Positions 52,831-64,000 of a DNA stretch of 64,000 bases are shown here, in pieces. Location of the stretch: the NCBI RefSeq assembly GCF_031769215.1, contig NW_026781994.1, positions 186,001 to 250,000 on the forward strand. Reading direction: 5' to 3'. A program made the translations under genes and the position numbers. This stretch comes from Ylistrum balloti (lineage: Eukaryota). Each line of letters starts with the position of its first letter. Within the stretch, counting starts at the first letter, position 1. A model generated the notes under the pieces. The model did no database searches and was not told the DNA's origin. It saw only the letters and a list, made by a program, of their open reading frames with translations.

Positions 52831-53495
52831 GTGACAATGAAATGCTTATAACACAAGCTTATGGAAAGCTATCCATTTTGGTTCCGTTGTAGGAATAGCA
52901 TCGAGCTAAGCAGCTGATGTAAAGGAGTCTGTGGTGTCCTTGATTTCCATATCTGATGGATATTTACGATGAAAATGGTAAAGAAATATAACAATTAAAG
53001 ACAAGACGTCATTAATACATCTGAAAGTCAAACTGAAGGTCTTTGTGACCTGTTTTGATCAATTCTTCAGTAAATTTACCCTCGTATGTAAAACAAAACG
53101 AGTCAGCCAACCTAGGACTGGATATCTTGACGGTGATTTATGAATATATCAATCAATACGCACTGATAGTATTTCGCTTTCAGTTGAAATAAAACCAAAA
53201 GTCTGTCTCTGATGGACTAAGGAAGACTTCAGTAAATAATGTTTACAGTGTGTTAACGAGGCATTCCTAGATACCCTCTCGGATATAATATTAGACATGC
53301 TAAAGAAAAGCGATGTTAAAGGAGAGGTCCTATATTTTGGAGAGGGGGTTCTGCTTTTAGGATTTAGTGCCTTGTAATTACTCTGTCTCGCATGGTCTTA
53401 TTTTGGCACTGCACACTGACGTTGTGATATATCTGTATCACAACAATATAATCCGAAACTGGATTGATTTGTGTTTCATACAACCTGTATGAACT

Positions 53496-56400
53496 TCACT
53501 TGACGTCATCTATACAACCATCGGGATAACAAAATGTTTCAAGTTTTTCAGCCAATAGATTTAACTGCGTATCTTGATCAGAATGTTGTGTGGATGTCAT
53601 TTCCAGATTATTGTTTGTGAATAAATTTTCTTCTTGAAGATTTCTATTCCTCAACTGTCGTGCTGAAATAGATTATATAAACAACTAAAATTTGTATGAA
53701 TCAGAACATGAATTAAATATTTGATTACACAGCGAACTTATTATTCAATTTTAAGGTAACACTAAGGACTGAACAACATCTGTACTTCTCATGATAAAAA
53801 TTATTTGACATTCATTTGATTTTTTTTTTTTTTTTTTTTTTATGATTATTGTTATTTTGTGTTGACAGTGATACCTTTGAATATGCGATAGCAAAACACC
53901 ACGACGACAGAAAGGAGTATCACGGTAACAGGTAATCCGAGAACGACACCAACTTCAATTCTGTGATCCGATGGAATAGCTATTCTAGGAATGAGCGATG
54001 GTTGTGGGCTTGAATACTCTTAACAAAGCAAAAGTAAAATACATTTTAACATATCCTTATCTGTATTCATCACAGATTTATAACATTGATCATCAAATAA
54101 TATGAATGAAGGCACATTTTAAATAACAGGTTTGGTGAGATTTGCATCATTTTGGTTGGTAAAAAAAGTGTTACGTTCCATTGCAACTGCAATACACAAA
54201 TATTTAAAGTATCCTCAAAAATGACAATTCGTGCCAGTCTTGTTTATTTGTGTTTTGTTATCATGAAGAATGAGGAAGGCACATATGGTGTACGAAAACG
54301 TCAATTGTATTTTGTGTCAAATAATTGAATATGTGATAAAAGCTGAATAATTCGTAACCATTGTGCAATAACGCGATATCATAAACATATACACTGCATT
54401 CGATACTACAATAAAGTCATTGTACAACATGAAAAAATTCAACTATCTTTTTAACATCACAAAATACGATGAACAACATGGAAACTATTGCAAAAGTACA
54501 AGCATCTTTTGCTTCATCGACGACACCCGACATGAAAGCATTAGTCCAAGTTAAAGTTAGTAATGTTACATTCTCAAATGATTCCTTGCAATTTTTGATG
54601 ACAGCGAAATTAAATATCCCGTGCAGTTTACAGTATTAAAAAGCATTAATATGAAGACTATTAACCTAATGCCCTTCATATAATATTAAATGAAATAAGA
54701 ATATTGATATGAAAATGTTATCAATAGGCATTAAACGAATTTTAATATCTTGTCGTCTAGATAAAAATAAAAATATCTTAACTGTCTGGGCACAATGTAC
54801 AGTACCTGGAAGGGTGAAGTCAGCCGATTTCACCCATGTTTTGAATGGACAGCTGTTGCAGTTCATATACTCTATCTGCAACGACATTATGATAACAGCA
54901 TATATACTAGCTTTTTAAAAGCATATGTATTAAATTGTAGTTCATCATTTGAACCGCATTATTCGAGTTAAGTAGTTCGAACAATGACGTTATGATTGCT
55001 TACTGCTCAAAATGTATATTTTAAATTAATAGCGATGGCAATAGCGATATGATAATCTATCCGATTGGAAAAAAATAACTGCAATTATAACTTGTTTGAT
55101 CTAAAGCAGATTTTCCTATCCACTGAAACCATTATGCTAAATTTAAAGTTTAAAGTCCTTACCATAACTTCATAAACACCATCAGGTTCATCGAAATCAA
55201 AAATACAATGGTTGTCATCACCAGCCTGAAAGGTTAAGAATATGTAAATGTGGCTCATACCTTGGAAACGCAACAAGAAAATAAGTAAATACCAACATAT
55301 AATTTGAAGCGATACACCGGCAAAGCTTCATCAAAGAACACCCCAGAGAAACAAGGAAGATGTGAGATTTGTTCCGAAAGATTAGGTATCGTCTATTTCA
55401 ACAACGGTCTCCGTCGCGTATTTTTACAAAATCGTTCATGTAAGTAAGTAATAACGTTTTATATAATCTAATTTATGTCAACATTACAATTTGATAATTA
55501 ATAATAATGTCTGGACAAAACTGGTACGAATTTTTGCAAAATTTGTAAATTAATTTATCAAATAAACAAAGAATTGTGTACCTAGATTTACTGGATACAG
55601 GATGTTTGATAAGAAACCCTGGTATGAATTAGACACAAAGTACAATACGTTCTTACCTTGTTATGTTTTACTGTCGTGCTCAATTTTACCTCCCATGTCT
55701 CCCAGTCCTGGAGACTGATTTTATAATACGTGTTATTGGTTACAAAGCGAAAGGGCAGAGGTTCAAAAACTACATGTATGCCTCGATGTTCTGGAAGAAC
55801 CGCTGTCATGATATTTGGTTTCCATTCATTTTCTTGGGTATCAGGCAAATACCGACCTAAATTGTAAATCGTTTAATCATTTAACGTGCTATTAATACGA
55901 CAAACATTACTGATTTTGATATTGATCCATATTAATAACAATCACAACAATTAACAATTTACTTAATAAGAGGAATCTTAAGGCACGGTCACGCCACTAA
56001 TCCTATGAGTGCCCAATAGTTTCTAAAAAAACATATTCTACTTACGATTATGCGATGTAACTTGGTAGGTTATACTTTGCCCCTGTAGATTTTGATGTCT
56101 TGACGATGTAAATATTGTAATAGTCAACAAATAGAGGTTCAGAAACACTTCACATTTTCCCCAAGTACAACGAACATTGCATGTGTCGAGATTTCCAAAA
56201 GTACTGCGGAAGGTACTCTTCTGAAATTGAAAAAAGAAATTGAATTAGGTTTCGCCTGATAAAATTATAAAGGTTTTCCATCCTCTAAAAACAGCATAGA
56301 AAATATCAAACTAAAATTTAATTGAACTGGAGCAAATTATGAGCAAAAGAAATAACACAAATACTCATGAAAATGAACAAAGAAAATAAGATCAATGCTC

Positions 56401-59400
56401 CAGAAAAGCGAGCCTTTTCTGCAATGTTATTGGAAAACTTGGCCAATCCCAGCAAGTGATACCACGTTCTCAAATGATAAAACAGTAATTATGTACTGTT
56501 TATTCCATAAATTATATTGAAAAATGATTTTAAAAAAAAACGCACTTCAATTTACAATCCTCAGATAAAAATATAACACAAATCATTGTTATAAATCGAC
56601 AAACTTTATCTGAAATATCCAAAAAAATCACACTGAATTTCGATAAAACAGCAATCTTACCTCCCTTCGGGCTATTTTGGGAGAATGTACTGGAAACTGT
56701 CTCCAGGTAGGAAATTTCTCATAATACGGATCAACGTAATACTCGTCAGAAACCTCCCTTGTACTTCTCAACAGTAGCTGCATTACAGCTATGCGGCAAA
56801 CAACAACATTCGCCAATATAATGCAGCAATATTTTCTCTAAAATTTGGGTATTTTTAAGTACGTGAGTTTAAAACACTAGAATTATGCATATAATTGTTT
56901 ATCCGTCAATTGGCATCGCTAATTGTTAGATAAAACATTTTTCAAAGAAATTTGCTATTAACGACGCATATGTGAACAATTTTTCAACTTAATATTCATA
57001 TTTGAACAGAAGATATTGTACTCTTATTATACAAAAATTGATATTTTTTTCCAGCATCTGACATCTTAATGTTAATTTTTTATACAGTTTTTCACAATTC
57101 CATTCAATGCTTGTAACCTTGTGGTATTGTTCTCACCAGCATTGTTGTTATCCGTTGGCAAGGATATGTCGATACTAAGTACAGGTTTAGTCTGCCCAGA
57201 TTCAAAGGATGGGGATAGGAAGATTCCAGTCACTAAAGGAATGGGAAGTTTGGCTCCGAAAGACACATCTTGAATAGGACTTGCCAAATGGAAACATCGT
57301 GATAACTCTGAAATGTGTATTAGTTTGATTTTTATAAATCGTATCCACCATGGAAAATGGGTTGAGGGTATATTTGTCATAATGTAACGGTCGGAAAAAT
57401 CACTGTTAGATGGATTTATACAATACTCACTGTCCTTGTATAGAGCTGTACAGCTGAGAGATGGCTCGAATTCGTATCTCTCCTGTCAAAATGAAGCAAT
57501 GCAAGCATTACGATGCATAAACGTTGTAAAACATGATTTTTTTTAATTTGCAGTTTTGTATCTTGTTCAAGCCATGAACTGGTTATTATATGTCCATTTT
57601 GATACCACACTCTTTTTGTTCGGGGCTGATGATATATCATGATATCAAAATAGTCATTTCACAATCTTTACAGAAGCAAAAAACAAAATTAATACAACAA
57701 ATAACAAATACTAACAATAAAAATAAGGAATTGATTGTAATTAATTACAATTTTAAAGGTAATTTAAGTCTTTTCCAGTTAGATTGCGGACAATACTTTC
57801 AACCGTCTTAATACTTCGCGATCATAAAAATGAACCGCGTAATCGCAAAAGCATGATCCCCGCTAAAATAACCGGCAATACGGTAGCTGGATAAAATTTT
57901 GTAAAAAACATATTTCTCTGATCATTTGTTCATCTATCAGTAGTGTATATAAGGTGTGTTTATGTTGATTTAGTGTACTCGTCGGGTAAACCTGCCTGTA
58001 CAGGTATTCACTGGGAGCCGAAGGGCACATAGACAATACAATGTTCACACTGAAGTAACTAACCAAAGTGTGCAGTTCAGATCGGTTTGGATCATAGTTG
58101 TAAGAAAATACTACTTTTTAACTTTACAGTGAATAACACGAACAAAAATAGCTTTAATAGTTATGAGCTTAAATAAATCTTTCTGTTTAATTTTAATGTG
58201 AATTGTAATGTATGATCGACGAAATTCTAAATATCATCTTATATCACGATAAGGATTTCTAAACAAGTTCGCAATACTTTTCACATTTAATCATGCAAGG
58301 GGTATGCTCCTGCATGAACTATTCTTATTTTGTTACTGTGAAAATGTATTTTTATGAGAACTTGATACATGTGAACGAGTATCGTGTTGATAAGAAAAAG
58401 GCCGTGGACACTGATCTTTCTCCTGTTATCTGATAGTACAAAAGCATTTACTTGTCAAAGAGGAAAGTGCACCGTGAAGCTAACCAACTAAACCTTTAAC
58501 TTTAAAAGTGCATTTTCTTTCTTACGAAATCATTATACACAAGTGTATAAACTAATTTCTCTTCCAAAACTAGTGTGTAATTATCATTATTATTTATTTA
58601 TTATTGATTTTTATTATTTTTTTGTAATGTTCTCGTTGTTGTGAGGTTTCCTGGTGGTACATTGTTTTAATTATTCACAGGATTGACACAGCTCTGAGAT
58701 GGGCATTTTTTCCCTTGTGAAGCTGTTTGCAAGGTTATGTGTCATAGATAAAGGAAAGAAAACCCTTCTATTTGGTATTCCTTTTTATCAAATGACAGAC
58801 TCTTTAGCTTTCTTTACAGAGCAAGATACATCAAGAAAATACCAACATGGCAACATAATCATAATTCATACTCATATTACCTCAAACTAAGGCAAAATAT
58901 GAACAAAATATTTTTTTTCTCAATTGGATCACTTTGCCGATCATAAAACCCTCCAATAATTTTCTTCAACTTACATCTTTTGAACCCTAGTGTTACTCGT
59001 TTGTCAGTTGGCAACTTCTTACACAAAAATCGTGATAATGAGAACATGCCATTGAATATCGAATCAGTTGTGACATAGATTGGATATGCAGGGATATTGC
59101 TACCCAGAAATGGAAAATTCTCAATATTCAGCAAACGTATAATGATTAAGTAATTCATTATTTAATTATGTAAAATTGAAACACATCTAACTCTAATCAT
59201 CAGAAGCATCAATTTGCGATTTTTAACTTCCCGTGATTTTTTTAAAAAATATTGTATATAATTGCGTGCAGTTAAATATTTCAAATGCATTCACTATCGA
59301 TATGTTTCACGTGAAAATTGACCGAGTGTGCTATTACAGGTAACAAAAGAATAAATTTAAGTTCCCAGAAACCGTAGCCCAAGCCTATATATTCACCTGC

Positions 59401-60739
59401 AGTGTAAACGTAAACTAACTTTTACCATTGCAATGAAAATACCTGTGTATAAACTATATATATATATGCATGTATAATCATATAACCGTTCCATTGACTT
59501 ATTCTAGCGATGTTTTGTAGGCTATGTGTTGATCGTGTGTACTCTAAACCATCTGATGAAAAATTGCTTAAATATTTCCTGGTACATTTAACATCGCATG
59601 TGTGTAATTACATGAAAGTATGCTCTAATGAACTACGAATGCCCACTAATTTTAATGATCAGTAACAAACTATCAAACTATCAAAGTTTATATCATAATT
59701 AGTATGAATGTTAATCCCTGAAACATCAATGTGATACTTTTTTCAGAAGAGTAAGGATACTTTAAGACAAAAGTATAATTATATAATCAGCGATAAAGGT
59801 TAGGATTGAGAGACATGTTCCTTCCAATTGCATGTCCTAAGAGGCAACTTATGTGGAAACTGCAAGCAGATTTAGTGTTCACAGTTATGTCCTCTACTTT
59901 GGAATAGAAAGATAGATAGATTGGTAGGTAGGTAGGTAGGTAGGTAGGTAGGTAAAAAACAAAAACGATGCACTCCTGATCACGTCTTTTTGTTTTGTTT
60001 TTTCTCCATAATTAAAGTCAGGCTATAATACCTGCACTGTTACGTCTGAGATATATTCATGTTTAGTACGAAAAGTCTTATATACTGAGCATATACGGAA
60101 AAACTGAACATGATACACAACAGCAAGAATACTATATTAATGTGTGTATTTTAAGTCAATTTTTTGTAGTATCTCGGAACTGAATACAAAGGGTAGATTT
60201 AGACTTCAATAACTATATATCAACATAAGGTCAAAGTCTCGATAAACATATCAGCTCTAAATGTACTTATCATGTAGGTATCTGTGGTGTATTTGCATGT
60301 CCATCACACACCAGATACATATCGCATCATACTAATATGAGAACGCCTTGATGGACATAACTTAAGACAAATGTACGAATTATTTCCTAAAGAAACTAAT
60401 CCAGATGATATACAAATATTTTTTTATTCCAGTCCTTTGCAGGTTCTACTTCTTCATCGCTATTTCCACAGCATGTGCTTGAGGTCGTGTTACACAGTGT
60501 GATGACTCAAATAAAAGTGTCGCAGTGTTTACAATGCTACCAGCTATACCGTATCATCGAGACATGACTACAATACTCACCATCTGACCTATCTTCTCTG
60601 TCTCACAGAGACTCCAATTCGGTTGACATTCCTGGTGGCTTCCCATCGGTGGGTCATTACACTTGTCCAAACTGAAAGTCAAACTGACCAATATAGTTAG
60701 AACAATGACTTGATACAAATTTCGCCTCCTTGTAAACAT
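53496..60739 (-). CDS. IL-17-receptor-like type I membrane protein, paralog A, about 442 aa, 10 coding exons, tail truncated at TGA
   Basis: Exons 60739-60581, 57482-57431, 57307-57137, 56788-56661, 56220-56046, 55856-55657, 55225-55163, 54875-54806, 54018-53875 (TM: VGVVLGLPVTVILLSVVVVFCY) and 53662-53496; all GT-AG and in frame. Signal peptide MFTRRRNLYQVIVLTILVSLTFS; FnIII-like KPVLSIDISLP and WKPNIMTAVLPEHRGIHVVFEPLP...YYKISL. The family name is motif-based inference. Confidence 0.82.
58880..59130 (-). mobile_element. Penelope-like (Naiad-type) RT 3' fragment, inside paralog A intron 1
   Basis: ENFPFLGSNIPAYPIYV...LGFKRCKLKKIIGGFYDRQSDPIEK. Confidence 0.7.
59908..59954. repeat. (GATA)n(GGTA)n microsatellite
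   Basis: gatagatagattggtaggtaggtaggtaggtaggtaggtaggta. Confidence 0.9.
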
Positions 60740-62067
60740 GTTGGCTGTAATTCTGTTGAGTCAAGGTGACCTGCTGACGTATTTAACAATTCTCTCGGCT
60801 GGCGGGACTGTAATAGGATCACACATACCCACATGGCCACCCGTCCGCATTTCCCTGTTTGTAACATGACTATTCAAATCGCTCTTTATTTACTATGGAG
60901 AGGAAATTTTACACCAGTTTTATATTTGTAAATTTGAGTAATTAAAATGGTAATGCATCATTAAGAGGCATTTGGTTCACGTAGAATCCAATACAAATTA
61001 AGTTCATGGCACTTCATGTTGAATTTGACCTTATCCTGATGGCATTTACATGCCCATGAATAACCATCTGAAAGCTGTCCAATGCTTATGATTATCAATT
61101 TAGGTCTTGTTATAAGATGAGTAAACCTCAGTCTGTCTACACAACTTTTAATTTCTCAATGCCTTTGGCAGTTTGCGAGCTGGTGACTTCGCCAAGGGAA
61201 CCTATTAGTTATGTCATACAGTGGCATGTATTAATAACAGAAGATTTAGGTACTATTGGCATTTGCCTAAAATCGTTACAGCGATAGAATACGGTATTGA
61301 TTAAGTTGATATCACGGATTGTTAAAACGTAAGCTGCATATGCATCCATCACAACGATATGTATTCGTTAGATTATGTAGCCCCCGTGAAGAAACAGTCT
61401 AAATTATACCATATATTGGGTTTAGTATTCTGTAAGGCTGTCACTACCTCTTCCACGAAAATGAGGGAAAGTAAACAAAAATAAGTAAAACATAAACTAA
61501 CAACCCCACCCCCAAAAAAGAGTGCACTTAATGACAGAAATTTTTCATAAAGCAATCTCAAAATTCTATCTGGCCCATCCATTATGATACAATATAGACC
61601 TATCCTTGTGTACTTCTGTGAATATTCAGATAATGATTTACCCCACGAAACGGATAGATGAACAAGAGATAACAACAGGTAAAATTTTAAGATAAAATCT
61701 ATATACCGTTTTTATATGTAAGTTCATTTAAGGCGAAACACTTCAATTCAAACTTAAATTCCCATTCTATAATCAACGTCAATAGTCCATGATACCCTGA
61801 CAATGATATATAGTGATTGTGTTGTGACATTGATTAATGCTGAATTTATGATCAAAAGTAATCATTAACAATATAACTTGTTGGTGGAGTAGGAACTCGT
61901 TTCTGAATAGTAACATGCTTCCTTGTTTTCACACCGCATGAGTGAGCTGACAGGTAGGTAGGTAAATACAGCCATTTTGATATACACGTATCTTTATGTA
62001 TGATCCAATCGAAGAGTGCCCGTCTTGAAATCAACACCGCAGCAAACAAGGCCGCTTAGGTATTAAA

Positions 62068-62538
62068 GGTCTATATAAGTTATATACAATATACATATTT
62101 ATTATAGATACAATCCATGAACCTTCATAGTTATATACCATATACATATTTATTATAGATGTAACCCATGAACCTTCATAGTTATATACAATATACATAT
62201 TTATTATAGATGTAACCCATGAACCTTCATAGTTATATACAATATACATATTTATTATAGATGTAACCCATGAACCTTCATAGTTATATACAATATACAT
62301 ATTTATTATAGATGTAACCCATGAACCTTCATAGTTATATACAATATACATATTTATTATAGATGTAACACATGAACCTTCATAGTTATATACAATATAC
62401 ATATTTATTATAGATGTAACCCATGAACCTTCATAGTTATATACAATATACATATTTATTATAGATGTAACCCATGAACCTTCATAGTTATATACAATAT
62501 ACATATTTATTATAGATGTAACCCATGAACCTTCATAG
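62068..62538. repeat. 51-bp minisatellite, about 9 copies
   Basis: Unit gaaccttcatagttatatacaatatacatatttattatagatgtaacccat; the 17-codon period explains the 174-aa ORF. Confidence 0.96.
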
Positions 62539-62729
62539 TGCCATGAAGAATACAAAATACTTTCTATCCAAACATGTATAATTTCCAGTCACATTAATTA
62601 TCATATTCATAGTAATCTGAAAAATAATTGAACTAATACTACCGGATAAACTCGTTTCAGGTTTTATTCACTCGAATTTTAGAATAGAATCTACAATGGT
62701 ATTTATCTAGAAATTTATTGACTACGTCA

Positions 62730-63205
62730 ATTTGAAATTAAGGACACAACTAACTTTTCAAAATCGGCTGCTGATCTCGATTTTTCCTGACAACAAACAC
62801 AACATGGACAGCTTTACATCAAGCTATATGATAAGCTTGGTGATTTGAATTCCTTATTCTGGGGTTGTTTTTTCTTTCCATTTCTGAACCCCTGCATACC
62901 TAACCGGTGATGTTAACATGTTGCAGTTGATTCGATATTCAAATGCTTCTTCCTGATATCAAGGTTTCTTGATAAAAGGGAAGCTTTTTGGTCGTCATAG
63001 CAATATCATTGAGAAATAGTGTATATCGATGCGATTTGAAGATGGGCGTATTTGATTCTCGTCAGTTTGCCTGTAGACTCCGTGGTCTAATACCTTGTTC
63101 TCAGTTGAGAACGTTACATTAATTACTGAAATTGACTAAGATTAACAAGGTTTTTGTCGTCAATGAAGCAGAAGACGCTTGATATTCCGGAACATGTGGT
63201 CGAAT
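62730..63205 (+). mobile_element. Penelope-like (Naiad-type) RT 3' fragment plus 3' motif
   Basis: EIKDTTNFSKSAADLDF...GQLYIKLYDKLGD...LQLIRYSNASS...GRHSNIIEK, then gtcgtcaatgaagcagaagacgcttgatattccggaaca at about 63150-63195. Confidence 0.78.
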
Positions 63206-64000
63206 TTTCCATATTCTTTTTTCAGAAATCCGTGTAAATCTGTCTGTTGTTTATAGTTTGGATGAATTTGAGACATAATTTGATTATAATTATGTTCACA
63301 TGTCGGTGTTTTCTTGCTCTTTAACTTAGTATGACACAGGGTCTTGTTTGCGGAAAAAATAAACGTTGGTGAAACAACTGCTATTTCAGCATTGAACTGC
63401 TTTCTTTTGACATTCAAAAACATCTGATTTCTTAGAAGATAGAAACATATAAATCAACGTCAGTGTTTCATGTTGAATTGCCTTTATCCCTTGGGCATTC
63501 ATATGTCCATGAATGTGAAATGGAAACAGTTCAATGCTTAAAATAAGCATTTATCTTGTTAAAGGGCATCGTGGTACTTTCGATATTCCTACACTTACTT
63601 GGCAGTTCATTAGTTGGAAATACACAACTGATTTCGTTAAGTTTACATCGTTGCAATGCCTGTTTTTCGATGGCAGTATTTAAAAAGTTTCCTTTCAAAG
63701 GATGCCAAGTCCATTGTTCGGATTACTACTCGCAAATGATTGTATATCATTGTACTTGAATTTTATGATGTTTGCAGTGCAATGAAAGTAGTTTTTCCTG
63801 GTAATGTTCATATAATTGATATAAATGTACAAGCCCACAGTACCTTTATGTATTTATAACAATGTTTTGTTCCATTTTCTCTCATTTTAATTCATGTTTC
63901 AGCTCTGCTGTGTTTAATTCTAAATTTATATCGAAAAGCGCTATGCATTGGTACCTTTTTACAGTCATCTATATACACTTAATACATTTTATATTGAACA

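Noticed and set aside
57753-58499. TTAA-flanked (Kolobok/piggyBac-like) MITE
   Set aside because: Only 4 bp (aggt/acct) of terminal inverted match, which is expected by chance.
61373-61675. 100-aa ORF with a hydrophobic stretch
   Set aside because: No motif and no consistent splice boundaries; the hydrophobicity reflects T-rich composition.
62031-62555. 174-aa ORF of 17-aa repeats
   Set aside because: It is a 51-bp minisatellite whose unit happens to be stop-free in one frame; no splice or domain context.
63160-63759. ORFs near the right edge as exons of a third receptor paralog
   Set aside because: No similarity to any exon of paralogs A or B; one ORF overlaps a PLE 3' motif and the other starts at TTG.

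Overview
AT-rich eukaryotic (metazoan, most likely bivalve mollusc) genomic DNA; no prokaryotic, rRNA, tRNA-gene or CRISPR features. The supplied ORF track is mostly misleading because the real genes are spliced. By hand I could assemble, all on the minus strand: two 10-exon paralogous type I membrane receptors of IL-17-receptor-like appearance (53.5-60.7 kb and 39.2-49.3 kb) that share all 9 intron phases and both end in short tails without a complete SEFIR/TIR domain; a 5-exon secreted PAN/apple + EGF-like + C-type lectin gene (25.0-31.7 kb); and a cluster of small Cys-rich single-pass proteins of Shisa-like/CYYR1/WBP1 type (0.6-11.3 kb), one with PPxY motifs and an in-frame TGA in its signal peptide. 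The rest is repeat-derived: about ten 3' fragments of a Penelope-like (Naiad-type, C-terminal RT) retroelement, a decayed LINE RT, a decayed Ty3/gypsy element, a tRNA-derived SINE with a 14-bp target-site duplication, a MULE transposase remnant and several satellites. The satellites account for the longest ORFs in the track (810, 524, 373, 320, 182 and 174 aa). Family names rest on motif recognition only; no database search was run.
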